From Lytechinus pictus (Eukaryota): a stretch of 64,000 nt of DNA. This document shows, in pieces, positions 39,948 through 53,480 of the stretch; the stretch's first letter is position 1; every line of letters starts with the position of its first letter. The notes under the pieces are model-generated. The model saw only the letters and a list, made by a program, of their open reading frames with translations. It was not told where the DNA came from and did no database searches. Made by a program: the position numbers and the translations under genes. The stretch is from contig NC_087250.1 in the NCBI RefSeq assembly GCF_037042905.1, positions 21,206,001-21,270,000 on the forward strand. The letters are read 5' to 3'.

Positions 39948-40857
39948 ATTTTGCCACCGCCGAGCTAACCGAAATGTCCTAGCAACCGCTTGCCAAAGAA
40001 GGCGAAACGATTGACCAATGAGGAGGCTGCATTTGGAACAATAGCGAACTTGCAGGTCACGCGCGACTGCAAGACGAAACAAAGTTAATGTTCTGGTTCG
40101 ATATGTCAATCCACTGATCTTCTATACAGATCAGTGTAATAGCTCCATAGTTATACTGGGGTTTTGTAATTATATTCGTGAAAGAAATAATTGTCATGAT
40201 CTCCCTTTTTAATGAAATAAAAGGCAGGGAGAAAAGGTCGGACCTAAAACCAGTGAGGAGGGAGTATACCAATGATTTTCATTGTATCATCGTCTTATTT
40301 ATTAAATAATAATAACAATTTCATATACCGCAAATTGCCTCTATGCGGTTGTTTGAATGTCGATCGCGTTTACTCTCACATGTAATCTATCAAGCGAGTC
40401 ATTATGACCTAAACTTTAACCGCATGTTCTAATAAAAAGAACTATCCGTTGTAAAATGGTAAGATAAGCCTTTAAAATATTTCAACTTGAACCTTATCTT
40501 TATACGAAAGGCTTGTGTGATCATGTTTTATGAATGCTTATGTTAGATTGAGGCAGTGAGACCAAAAAACGTGAATAATTTGCTCAATATCGTCTATTAT
40601 CGATCTTTTTTTTTTGGGGGGGGGGGTATAATTATTTACAGCATTGGAATGATTTAAAATTAGTATGAAAAAAAAAAAAAGATATATTAATGAAAAAAAA
40701 GTTATAGTGATTCTAAAACTGATTCCGGGAAAAAAAACCTGGCATAAACGTCTTAACTCTACAACAAAAAGAGCGAGGAGGTACCCTGAGTAAAATCCCG
40801 CCACAATTATTTCCAACAAAGGATAGATTAGGGGAGATAAGATTTTTTTTTAAACTA

Positions 40858-41205
40858 ACAAGTGCACACCTAGTTACCAAGAATGCATACAACATTCCAC
40901 TTATTTGAATGCAGGATAAACCCCGGGCTTCCTATGTATAGTCGGGCACCTTGGACCACTCGGCCACGACACCTCCACGAATGCTGATTTTCGGATCGAT
41001 ATCAAGCACAAACAATATTTTGGTTGTGCCGTGGCCGAGTGGTCTAAGGCGCCTGGCTATACATAAAAAGTCCGGGGTTCGATCCCCGGCCGCGGCACCT
41101 ATGTCTGTGAGCAAGGCATTTAATGTGCAATGCTATTTTATCCTGCTTTCAAATAAATGGAAATTCTATAGGCATTATTGGTAGCTTGGTGTGCACTTGT
41201 TTAAA
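40858..41205. mobile_element. Two head-to-head tRNA-derived SINE copies
   Basis: Plus copy from ~41024 (gtggccgagtggtctaagg..ggttcgatccc); deleted minus copy at ~40858-40972 with complementary head and tail (aacaagtgcacac). Confidence 0.7.
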
Positions 41206-41369
41206 AAAAATATATATATTCTAACGCAGTAATACAGATAAAGAATCAGAGGTTTGTTGCAAATGCCTTGTGCAACAATGATGTCTTTGTAAGATTGAAT
41301 GATTAAAGAAAGAACAATAAAAGCTGTTCGATATATTTTCGCATGTGTTCACTCTCAAACATATAAAGA

Positions 41370-42200
41370 GGATTTAAAAAAATAAGACGAAGAATGGAGG
41401 AAAAATACGGTGGGCGTGGGCAGGAAAGAGGAAGAAGAAAGAACGGCTGTGAAAAAAAAATAGAAGATCGAATGGGGAGAAGAACGAATAATACAGAACA
41501 ACAAAATAAATAAGAGGAAAAAGGATGAGGAATAAGACGGTGGGGTGAGCAAGAGAGAGGAATAAGAAGGAAAAAAGGGGGAAGAAATGAGGTTAAAAAA
41601 TATTGAGAGCAGATCGACGGGGGAGAAGAAAAAGAAATGGAGGGGGGAGAGGAATAAGATGGTGGGAATGGGCAGGGGACAGGAAGAAGGAAAACATAAT
41701 TATATAAAGAGGAACGAAAGAAAAAAAGAGGAATAAGGCGGTGGGTGAGGGAGGGAGAAAACAAAGAAGGAAAAAAGAAAGAAAACCGGCAAAAAGAGAG
41801 AAGATCGAAGGGTGAGAAGAACGAAAAACAGAATTATGTAAATAGAAACGAAAACAATAAGAAAAGGGGAAAATTGAAAAAAAAAGTGGAGGGTGAAAAA
41901 AAGGCAAGAGAGAAGAAGGAAAGGAGGGGGAAAAATCGGCAGAGAAAAAAAAAGATCGAAAGGGAAGAAAGAAAAACAGATTAAGAGGGACGAAAGAACT
42001 AAAGAAGAGAAAGGGGATGAGATAGAATAGGGGAGGGGGTTAGAGAGAGGAGACCGAATGACCTGAATAAGAAGAGCGAACGAAAAGGGGGAGAGAGGAA
42101 GAAAGGAAGAAATAAAACACAAGAAAGACGAAAGAAGTAGGTAAGAGAATAAGAGAGAGGGAAAGAGAGAATAGATCTGGACACAGTCGAATGGAACAAC
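41370..42200 (+). repeat. Purine-rich low-complexity tract
   Basis: About 830 bp almost entirely A/G on the plus strand. Confidence 0.85.
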
Positions 42201-44651
42201 ATGACAATGACTTTTATGAAATGTTTATTTCAATATGTGTATTTTAAACGACTGATATTTTCAATCAATGTCTTTATCCAAAAAAATGCACTAAACCTTC
42301 TGCATGGTCGTTTCGGCCATTTTTCATTGGTCGACGTTAGCTGTCTCAGACTTTCTGTTTGTACAGTTATTTCTTTCGCTTTCTCTATCTTTCATTCAAA
42401 CATGATAAAAATTGAGGGCAACAATGTCTTGATTATAAATAATTGGAAATAATGAAGCCCACCAAGCTTTCTACATAAATTTTGTTTCTTTTGTTAAAGA
42501 TACTGCAGATCAATTAACTCACATTCACGAACAAACAATACTTTTAAGGATTGTAAACCCTTTCTTTTGAAAATGTTCTCTCTTGAAAACATCCCGATCA
42601 CTTGCAAATGATGGAGAGAATCTTCAACATGTCCATGTTATGTTTAATGAAATTAATCCTCGCAAACAAACTGTGTTCTGAATACTTTGCGTCTCTACAT
42701 GACTTTTATTTCGCGATTATAGCCAGGCTAAAACTCTAAATCCGGTATCAATCTATCGCTAATACCCCCGCCTGGTACTATTATCACCAAAAAATAACCC
42801 TTTAGAAGTTGTATCCCGTTTGTTAACTATTGTCAAGAAGCCCCCCTTTTGAATTTCAGAATACGTATTGAAATCGATGCTTTTGATCTTTCTTTTGAAG
42901 CTGAATCATTGAACCGATCGATCGATCGAGCGAGCGGCCGCCGCCAGCTGTACACGAGTTTAAATGAATAGCCAATCAACAATGGCATGCGTTGCTAGGG
43001 GCGGAGCTTAGTATGAAGCGAAATTCGATCAAGTCGAACGTGCCAAGTATCAGAAATTTTCGAATTGACCGAAAAAAACACTCGCAGAAAAACTGCTTTT
43101 TTATCATATTCCCGTCATCAATTTCACTCGTCTTTTTCACAGAGTAATTATGAAACATGGAAGAATCAGAAAATGGAAAAAAAGGAAATCTTCACAATTT
43201 TGACTTTTTTATTTGTGTGTCGAATTCCAAGGAATTTTGATTTGCGACTTGTCTCTCATTTCGGCATGATCGATCACATATGATGATCATCATCATCGTA
43301 TAGAAATGCACGACTAAACTAATTTTTGTGAACTTGGGGCTTAGGGTTATGACAAGACAGAGGCCTCCATATTTCACTAAAAGTCATTTTTTATATTTTG
43401 TCATACATTATATGTATCATTTAATTCAATTTTCCACGCAGCTATTATAATAATGAAATAATTTTGTTCCTGAAATTTGCGCACCGGTATTCGATTTGTA
43501 ATATCCTGAAATTATTTCAAAGAGTCAAACGAGTAAAAGTGACTAAAATTGTAAGTCTGAAATCATACCTCCCAACTCTCTCCTTGTCACTTTCTACGTT
43601 TCTTTCTTTCTAAGAGAAAGTATTTTTTCTTGAATAAATTATAGCATCCGCAATCAAAAGTGTTTTTTTTTTTGTTCTTTCGTTTTGTTCTATTTTTAAT
43701 TTGTCTCCTTGATTTCACAACCGAAAACAAAGTAATAAATAAATCATAAAAAAGCATTCATAATAGTTAGAATTCATTTTGTCTCTATCGTTTTAATCGT
43801 TCAATCTAATAGTACAGAGGCTGCGGAGTTGGTAAGAAGTTTTAGTCCTCACCCCCTTCAGCAAACATGTACAAAAAAGCCGAAGTCTATATAAATTTGT
43901 ATTTTTGGGGGCCGGTCCACTTCCTCCCACATTCAGCTCCACCCCTTCAGAAAAATCAGATATTTTGGTTTTGATGCTAACCAGGGTAAGCGCCCCAAAT
44001 GTTTGTTTGCAGTAACGGAAACAAAAATGGGTGGGTCGTTTTTTTTTCCTCTATATGAATCTTTTCTACCATGCTATTTGCCGGTTAAAAAAAATGGCGA
44101 AAAAGTAGGAAAATCAATAATATTTGGGTCAGTATCAACATCATTTTTTTTTTTTGGGGGGGGGGGGGTGGGTGTTGGTCACACATGAATATAAGTGTGT
44201 AGGATTGAGAGGGTTCTGTCGGGACACGCCAGACAAACGTGTTTACTTTAGGGGATGCCTTACTTTCCTCCATTTCGGGCGAGGAAACTTTTAGTTCATT
44301 ATTGGTTTTATTTGATGTGATTATGTTTTCGTCAACTTTTCAATGCAAAAGTTTTCATCTGGGAGAAAAAAGGAGAATGAGATGGAGAACTTCTAAAACC
44401 TAACTTATTATAAATTCATTCTGTAAAATGGCATGAATTAAAAAAATGTGATTTTTTAGCCGATTCACCCCAGTCCCACAGCTCAACCCCTGCACCATAA
44501 AAAAACATTGCTGTCCCTGTATAACACAAATCTTTTCCCAAATATTTTGGTTTGGATGCTAAGCATGGTAAGCGCCCCAAATGCATTTTTTTTTTGACGT
44601 AACGGGGAAAAACTGGCCAGGACGGTCTTTATTCTTATCTTTTCTACCGCG

Positions 44652-45296
44652 TGTTACGATACTGCAACAAATAACAATGAAATGTTTTTTAATTTGATTT
44701 CCTTTTCTTTCAGGAAATTGATTATACATAAAACAAATAAAAAAATAATAATGGTCTTACGTCTCTTGAAATTGTGATAATAATCCATAGTAAACTCTAA
44801 GTTGGCTGGCGAAGATTCCTTAAATTAAAGTTCAGAATGATGGCGAAGATGAAACTGATGTTGAAGCACGATGAATAACAAGAGTCACTGTAATGAGTTG
44901 AAATGTCCGTGAAGAAGATGTTGATGATGATTAACAGTCAATTTCAGCAAAATATCAATGGGTTGAAGAGTGTTCATTAAAACAGGTTGATGATGTCGAT
45001 GAGAACTGAGAATTACTCTCTCAAAGTAACTGCAAACAGTTCATTGAGTCTGCTCTGACATAAATTATGGCGTGAAACTCTGAGTTCTGGTCTGATATCA
45101 TTAAGTGATCTGATATCATGATATCCTTGAAGAAACTGTCAGCTTATACATGTTATATACAAATTATTTACTATTCTGGAAGCTTCTAGTATTCACTATT
45201 CTTGATGCTTCTAGTATTGTCTAAAAAGAACATTCTGCCCATTTCTAGAGCAGTCTACATTTAGAAGACTCTTGAATGACCTCAGTGAAATTAACA
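44652..45296 (-). mobile_element. Possible solo LTR
   Basis: TGTTA...TAACA ends, ctagaa-rich U3-like part, TATATAA, and ATTAAA ~35 nt before the CA end. No TSD match. Confidence 0.35.
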
Positions 45297-48200
45297 TGTC
45301 AACAACATAGCTAAGCCTATGCTATGAATATCCTTAAAGAGAAAATAACTAAATAAATGAATGTAATTGCTCTTACGATTATAAACGTATATACAACACG
45401 CGTTACTCGCAATTAAAAGCAGAAAATCGGAGAGAGAAGACAAACAAGCAATATTAGAGTGTAGGTCAGAACATTTCCATCGGGGGGGGGGGGGGGGCTG
45501 GGTCAAACAAGAATAATGATAAAAAGTCATCGGTTTGACAAGGGTCTGAGGACAGAGTTGTGACAAACAAACGTGGGATTTTTTTAAAGTAATCTAACCA
45601 AAAAATAAAGTCATTTTGTTATTCGTTTAAGTAGATATTCATGGAATTTTAGCAAAAGCGCACTTGTCTATTTCCCCTTTTATCTCTGTCTTTCATTCTC
45701 TCTCGTTCTCCGTGACATCTGAACATCTTTTTTCTATAATTTCCCTAAATGATTCTTCTTTCATCCTAACATGCATCATTACCCAGGGGAAGCACTTTTG
45801 TGCAATATGAATCACTGACGGATGTCATAAGCACCTGTGTTGTCGGGAAATGAGACAAAACATTTTTTTTAGATACGGTATGTTGGTCGAAATAAAAAAA
45901 GGTATTCATAAAAGCTTTTGTATTGCTATGTACGAAAAGCATTAAATAGTTCATCCTGCCGATAAACACTAATCTTCCTTTTGTTCGGGCGTTGACCATC
46001 TGTATCCTGCTCTTTTCGGAAGGAATTTGAGTGGCCGCCCTTACATTCTTTTGTTCGGGTAGTGCGGATATCATAAACTACATGGACGTTTCCCTTTTGA
46101 AAAGAGCACAAGATGAATGGTGTGCGAAACTGCTTTCTTTTCTCCTTTTTTCAGAATAGTAGACAAAAATAATGAGAAGAAGATGGATGATGGGGAGGGA
46201 AAAAGTTCAAAAGTGCACCGAGATCAACTCAAAGTACTAAGACATTACTCTAGACTAGTACAAGCTTTTTGTTTTTCTCAAAATACAATCGATCGATGAA
46301 ACCAAGGCGATATCATTCTAAAGTGATATCTCCTTGATGAAACAAATAATAAGACGAAAATGGTGAATAAACGCGTAGCTTATTACGTGACGATCCTGCA
46401 GAAAAGATGTTAGCGTATCTATCAGAACAACGATGCGGATAAAATCATTTGATCAGGCCTTGTGCGCGCGCGTACGTGCTCGTCAAAAAATGTATCCACC
46501 CCGTCTGACTCCAACGAAAAAATCGGGTAAAGTTGAAATAATTGCCTTCTTTCGGGTTTTTTCTCCATGTAGATGTATATTTTTTTAATTCTGTTATTGA
46601 AATAGGTTTATAAAGGAAATAATGGCAGAGGTTTTAGTACATAACAATTACCAAAAAGCTGAAAAACTTCATCGAATAAAACCAAACAAATCTCGGCTTC
46701 TGTAGAAGCCCGTCGTAGCTAAGTGAACGACTCGCTGGGCTTCTGTGGAAGCCCGTGGAGGCCCGTCGCACCCAAAGGGTTAACCCTCATTCAAATTATG
46801 AACATTAAACTAAACCAGGGATTCTCAAATAGTGGCGCGCGCGCCACTTGTGGCACACCGAGCTTTGCAGAGTGGCGCTTGGGAGCCGGTATAAAAAGTA
46901 AGTAAAATATGGGAAAATGAGGGTGCAAAAAATGTATCTACCAATAGGACTAACCTGGAAATGAGGATTTGGTGATCATTTTATTACAAAAACAAAAGAT
47001 CCTTACTTGACACTTAAATGCTAATTGATTTCCTCAGATTTTGTCAAATTTTGCACTCGGTAAGGCCTATTAATCTATTTGGTGTTTTTATTTTTATTTC
47101 TATTTTTCTGTACAAGGTTTCTGTGCCACACAAGTGATTTGAAAGCCCCGTTCATAGGATTGCTATTTCTACGGCGAGTAATTTGGAATTTCCAGAGTAT
47201 ATGCTTTGGTTATTAAAGCTTTAAACGTCATATGATATGATATTAAAAAATATATATAATGAATTTGAGACAAATTAACAAGCATAAACTTTGTTTGTGA
47301 AGCCGATTAAAATCAAAGGTGTAAAAATGAAATATGCTCCGGTGTATTGTCTCTACCGTGATTGCCTGCATGCACTCTTGCTTAACATGAACTGAATGAA
47401 TGATACTGCACGTGAGTTGTAGAGAGAGGGGGGCAGTTTGGGGCGTTAGTGCAGTGCAACGCCTTCGCAAATGATTCACGGCCAAGAAAAAAAGAGAAAA
47501 ATAAAGAAAATAGGGAAAGGGTAAGAGTTGAACGCTATTAGATTTTCTTAATATTATGTCAAAATCTATCCAAAATATAGGTTTTGGTATTGAAAAGCTC
47601 AACATTTTTTATTGCTCGCTGCGTTCGCTCGCATATTTTAAGAAATTTTGCTCCAGCCACCATATCTTGCCCCCTCAATTTTTTACTCATTACGCCACTT
47701 GCTTCAGCCACTAGATCTGGTGCAAAACAGTCTGAACTAGTGGTATTACTCACTGTAAAAAGTATCTGTATTTTTACAACAAATGCTGTCAGCAGAGTTT
47801 CCATAATTGTGTGCAAAATTACAGAAGTGTTGTTTATTTTTTTCCTAGAAATATTCAAGAGAGAGAAACAATATACATTGGTTAGGACTAACACATTTCA
47901 TCTGTTTTAACTATAGGCCTACTCTATAAAAACTCTGATTTTATTATTTTTTCTTTCTTATTCATGGAAAATTTAACATCAATACAGTAAAAAGAAAATA
48001 CGCACATTTTATGGCGACTCTGCTGACATCAATTTTGCTGTAAAATACATATTTTTTGTTTACATTGCTGGTAGGCCAATATTGTGAAAACGTCACTAAT
48101 CATTTTTTTTTAAATAAATTGTGTAGATTGTTGGCTTTTGTATTTCTTCTATTGATATTAATTAGAGCCCATATTCCAAAGCTTCGGGGGCTCTGCCCCC

Positions 48201-48779
48201 TCGACCCCCACCATGGCCCCTGGACCCCTTCCGCAATATTTCGCTTGTTTGCGTAATTGATGGATGAGCATTATAGATTCTCAAGAAGATATGTGGAGCT
48301 TCAAAAAAAGTAAATGAGAATGGCTGAACTAAACGAAGGATGTGCAATGATTGTTGGGGTACTTTTTGTCATATGTTATTTGGTAACATACTGCTTCTGA
48401 AATAATCATTTGTATATTTTGTGATTTATTTCAATTTGTTATAATAAAAACAGAAAAATAAATATTTTGCCTTCAGTAAATAAATTTGTTGATACCACAC
48501 TTTAACTGAATTGTGTGCATTTCTATTTAATTCATTTTAAAAGTGATATAATTGAGTAACATAAGTGGATAATTTTAACGATTAACCTCCGTAACGTTGA
48601 TATACATTGCTTGAGTTAATCCGGTCAGTACTTCAAACTGACGCAACGGCAACTTGCCTTTTTTCTGTTGCCACTTTCTCATAGATGGTACTTTCACAAT
48701 GTGCATCTTTCAACCCATTCTGTAGACTTTATTTTTACGATTTTCCCCCATCAATTGGTGCATTCTTCTGAGAATGAAC

Positions 48780-49335
48780 CGTTAATCGTATAATGAGGGT
48801 GGTGTTAGGATTACTGATATTTTTATCCATTCCAAATCATTAAAAATTTCATGGATAAGACGGTTTATTTCTTGTTCTGAAAATTTTACTTTTAACATGT
48901 TTCGATTATTTTTGCCTACAGCATATACATCTTTTCAACTATACTCATGGGCGCTGAGCATTATACATCACTTGCTATATCAATGAATAACCCATTTTGG
49001 GCACAGGTATTGTTGGCCTTTTCGGATCTTACCCGTCTTATTGTTGATGACGTTGCATGTCAAGCCCTTTGGAATAATCCCAAAATTAAAATGAATAATA
49101 ATGTAATATTTTTCAGGGTTTTGGTGTGTTAACGGGGTGTGTTTTGTTAATGATATTTTGGGAACAGATGGAAATTTTCTCTCATATTTTGATTTTCAAC
49201 GCAAATAGAACGTAAACGTCAATTTTCTTCAATATTATGGCCTGTGCAACGCCATTCGTTATGGTTTCAATAAACATGTAAAACCAAAAGATAGGGAACC
49301 TATTATACCAGAAGCACTGCTTTTGGTAATTAAAG
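48780..49335 (+). pseudogene. Degenerate L1/Tx1-like LINE ORF2 fragment (left part of the DIRS target)
   Basis: Broken translation NPFW..VL..ALWNNPKIK..GVCFVNDI..GNFLSY..NVNFLQYYGL, typical of the post-RT region of L1/Tx1 ORF2. Confidence 0.65.
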
Positions 49336-49460
49336 TTCTATTACATAACACTCGTACAAGTCTTCAGAGGTTAGCATATCCCAGGTGTTCAGGCAGTGGA
49401 ATCACACAAAGGAATTTCAAAGTAATTTAAAATTCAAATGAGGCATCGAGCCCGAGTCTC

Positions 49461-49468
49461 TATAAAAG
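49461..49468 (+). promoter_or_regulatory. TATA box in the DIRS left ITR
   Basis: TATAAAAG about 85 nt upstream of the gag ATG, mirrored in the right ITR at ~54154-54161. Confidence 0.5.
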
Positions 49469-49547
49469 GACCCGCTGTCCGTGCGGTATTCATCTTTTCC
49501 TTGTGTGCAGGCAGTGACGTTAGTTCTACACCAGTACTCTTTTCTCC

Positions 49548-50637
49548 ATGGCCGACGAAGCCCAACCGGAGCGAGCAGAGCCGCTCCTCTCCGTAGGAGA
49601 GGATGTTAACCAACGCCTGACTTCTCAGGCTGCTGAGATTAAGCGGCTAACTGAGACGTTGTCTCGGTATATGGATCGTGAAAGTTCAGCTCCTAGTGAG
49701 CATTTCAACAGACGTGCTTGGCACGCTGTGCATCAGCAACATCCCCCTCGGGGTGATGACGACATATTAAGCCTCCTTGCGGGGCCCAACGAGCTGGATG
49801 CTATGTCAGATGCTGGACCCCAGTAGTCCACTACGACCCAGACGTCGATTTAGAGCCCAAGGAGCTTGATATCAGAGAAGATGCCGATTTATATGACACT
49901 GGCATCAGTGTTGGCCCTGCCAAGTTTGATAAGCTGGCCGAAAGGCTTACTAAAGCGGTTACTCTCCCGCCCAAGAAAGAGAGTTTGGAGAAGATTTCGT
50001 CGCGATATCTTACCCCCAGCAATGCCCCTGAAGCTTGTACGCCACGCATTGTGCCTGAGGTTTGGCAGACTATTTCGGGCAGAGCTCGGTCTAACGATGT
50101 TCGCCTCCAGAAACTGCAGAACAATGTTTTGCAGGGACTTCTTCCCTACGGGGAAATTTTGGAAGAATTACACGCAGCAACGTCTCAGAAGAGGCCAGTG
50201 AACATTGAACGCATTAAAGAGTTTTCTCTTGATGGGCTCACTTTAAGCGGGCATGCTTCTTATGAGTTAAGTATGTATCGGAGAGCGGAAATCAAGCCCT
50301 ATATCAACCCCAAATACAAGGGTTTGTGTAGCCGGAATACTCCCTTGGATGAGAAGTTGTTTGGGAAAGATATACAGAGTACCCTAAAAAATGTGGCTGA
50401 AGCGTACAATGTGGGACAAAAGTCTCACATCATGGGAAGGCCCCACGTCGCCACACCCAGAGGAAGCAAACCGATTTTTCCACTCAGCGTCGCCATGACT
50501 TCAAGGGACAACGATCGTCTCAGTGGAACCGCTCTCGAGCTCCAGCAACGGTGTCTCGTCCACCGCTTTCACCCCCACGCTTTCCAGCGGACCAGAATCG
50601 TCAGAGCTCTTCGATTCATAGACAGGCAAAAAAGTAG
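49548..50637 (+). CDS. DIRS gag-like ORF1, broken by apparent frameshifts at ~49820 and ~50457
   Basis: ORF 49548-49826 joins the frame of ORF 49985 if one C is added to the C-run at 49818-49821. The core (PRIVPEVWQ..D..LQKLQ..ELSMYRR..IKPYINPKY..LC..LFG) resembles DIRS gag. A basic C-terminus ending RQAKK* lies in the third frame. Confidence 0.7.
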
Positions 50638-52652
50638 TGAGTACCCCAAATTTTGCAGGAAGACTCAAGTTTTTCAAAGATGCCTGGTCTCAGATCACCT
50701 CCGACCCGTGGGTTTTACCATCCATTTCGGGTTACAGGATAGATTTTTTATCTACTCCCTTCCAGATTTATCATCCGAGTAATATTTCATTTACTCAGGA
50801 AGAAAAAGACGCAATCGACACAGAAATTGCCGACCTTTTACTGAAACAAGCTGTTAGAGAAATTCCATTACGTGAATGCATGTATTTGTCAACAATATTT
50901 ACTGTTGCTAAGAAATCTGGAGGTCTGAGACCGATAATCAATTTGAAAAACTTGAATAAATTCGTGACATACGAACATTTCAAAATGGAGCATTTTAATT
51001 TGGTCAAAGATTTGATTATTTCTAACGATTTCCTAACTACGATTGATCTTAAAGATGCATACTTTTCTGTACCCATTGATCCTAGCCAACATGGATATCT
51101 TTCTTTTTCATGGGACGAAAAATTCTTCTGTTTTCAATGTCTTCCTTTTGGATTGAGCTCAGCTCCTCGGGTATTCACCAAAATTATGAAACCCGTCATT
51201 GCCTCAGTTCGAGAAAGAGGCATACGAGCAATGATTTATTTGGATGACATTTTAATTTTTGCTCGTTCTAGACAGGAAAGTTTGGATAACACGTCATATG
51301 TTGTAAATTTGTTAGAATCATTAGGCTTTGCCGTTAATTATGCCAAGTCAAGTTTGATGCCCCAGACTACTATCACATTTCTCGGCTTTGTCGTCAATTC
51401 AATGCAGATGACGGTCAGTGTGCCAATTGATAAGATAAAGAATTTTCAATTGCTTGGAAAAACTATTCTTAGTAGCCAAGAGATCAAAATTAGAAATCTT
51501 GCAAAGTTTATTGGCTTAATTGTTTCGTTTTTTGAGGCCTTCCCACCAGGCAAATTACATTTTCGTATTCTTGAATTTGCGAAAACAGAAGCCTTACAAA
51601 AGTCTGATTATAATTTTGATGCATATTTTGTGTTCGAACCCCATGTACGCGCTGAAATTCAATGGTGGCTTTCTATAACACCAGAGGAATTCCGATCCTC
51701 TATTCAGCATCCTTCTATTAGCATAACAATATCTACAGATGCAAGTAGATCGGGATGGGGTGCATTTTCACATGAAGATGACTCTTTTACGCAAGGCACC
51801 TGGCCATCCAAGCATCAAGTTTTGCATATCAACGGGTTAGAATTACTTGCATTTCAGAATGCACTACTTTCTCTGTGTGGCACATGTGTGAACCAACACA
51901 TTCATGTGAAATCGGATAATAGTACTGCTGTTTCATATATCAACAAACTAGGCGGGAGTGTACCAAGATTAAATTCTATTTCCGCACAAATTTGGCTTTG
52001 GTGTTTTAAATCAAACAATTGGCTTTCTGCATCACATATTTCTGGTACCGATAATTGTACTGCTGATGTACTATCCCGTCGCGACGTCAATAAAGAATTG
52101 ACCCTTTCACCATTTGTTTTTAAATCATTGTTAGACAGATTTCAACTTTTGCCAGATGTAGATTTGTTTGCATCAAAATTTAACAATCAGCTATCCAAAT
52201 ACGTCTCATGGAAACAAGACTCGGAGGCAATAGCTATTGATGCCTTCTCTTTGTCTTGGGAAGGATTATTTCCTTACATGTTTCCCCCCTTTTGTCTTCT
52301 ATGCAGAGTTCTGAACAAAGTGAGAAAGGACAACACACAATTGGCTATTCTCATAGCACCTGTTTGGAAAGCACAAGTCTGGTTTCCAATACTCCTCGAC
52401 CTACTAGTAGCACCCCCGATCCTGCTTCCAGAGGACAGCCTCATACCCCCACCCTCAACACAAACTCAAACTTCAACTAGCCGCCTGGCTTATCTCCGCC
52501 AACAATGGAATTCAACAGGAATTTCGGAACAAGCTGCCGAACTCATTGAATTCTCTTGGCGACCAGGAACAAATAAACAATATGAATCTGCATGGCAGAT
52601 ATGGCGTAGTTGGTGTACTGAACGGTCGACTAATATGCACAACCCGTCTATA
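50637..52652 (+). CDS. DIRS pol: reverse transcriptase, RNase H and adenine-methyltransferase-like domain
   Basis: RT motifs DLKDAYF, LPFGLSSAP, YLDD; RNase H TDAS..GWG, HINGLEL, SDNSTAV, ADVLSR; MT-like DLFAS..DAF..W..FPPF. The natural C-terminus (HPQHKLKLQLAAWLISAN...TRL*) continues in the +1 frame after ~52450. Confidence 0.9.
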
Positions 52653-53480
52653 GACAGCATTGTTAATTTCCTTGCATATCAACATTCCTTAGGGAAAACA
52701 TATTCAACCCTTAACGCTTATCGTTCTGCACTTTCGTCTATTTTAACGGCAATCGATGGTTTTCCTATTGGCAAACATCCACTAGTTGTTCGTTTATTAA
52801 AAGGGGTATTTAATAAAGATCCCCCTAGACCAAAGTATAATCATACTTGGAATGTGTCTACCGTGTTAGATTATCTTTCTTCGCTCCCAGATAATGTTAA
52901 CCTGTCCTTACTAAGTTTGAGTCAAAAGTTACTAGCCTTAACGGCTCTTGTTTCTGCCCAACGGACACAGACTCTTATGTATCTAGATATTAGTTCAATG
53001 CAGATGTCCGAGAACTTTGCAGTATTTTATGTCAAAGAATTACTTAAGACTTCAACACCCCGAAAGGGTATCAACAAGCAAGTTGTAAAATTACCAGCGT
53101 ACCCCGCTAATCAAAAACTTTGTGTTTTGACTACCCTAAAAGAATACATCAAACGTACTGAACCTCTTAGAAAAGTAAACAAAGAGACCAAGCTTTTCAT
53201 ATCATCAAGAAAGCCACATAATTATGTTACTACATGTACTTTAGCAAGGTGGATGAAAGCCATTCTGTCCACATCTGGCATAGATACGAACATTTTTTCT
53301 GCTCATAGTTTCCGTAGTGCATCGACATCATTAGCTTTGGCTCAAGGTGTTACCCTAAACGAGATTATGAAGACAGCTGATTGGTCTAACACTCGGACAT
53401 TTGCCGAATTTTATTTAAAATTCCCAGATACTAGTAAATCTTTTGGCGTTACAATTCTGAACAGTGCTTCAAACAACTAG
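52256..53480 (+). CDS. DIRS tyrosine recombinase, overlapping pol
   Basis: N-terminal domain (SWRPGTNKQYESAW..YRSALS..HPLVVRLLKG..PPRPKY) and catalytic residues R (SAQR), H-x-x-R (AHSFR), W and Y (FAEFY). The start is approximate. Confidence 0.9.

Larger units (their letters stand above)
37851..43277. mobile_element. ATAT-flanked DNA transposon derivative (possibly Sola1-like)
   Basis: Imperfect ~33-bp TIR gtga....tcatrccgaaatgagagacaa.tcg at both ends; ATAT on both sides. Confidence 0.7.

Noticed and set aside
41303..42202. Phe/Leu/Ser-rich and Lys/Glu/Arg-rich ORFs (also 54890-55375)
   Set aside because: They are translations of purine/pyrimidine low-complexity tracts.
52140..52400. Methyltransferase plus recombinase as a bacterial or phage insertion or defence system
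   Set aside because: MT-like and YR domains are standard parts of DIRS1-group retrotransposons and lie within the ITR/ICR structure.
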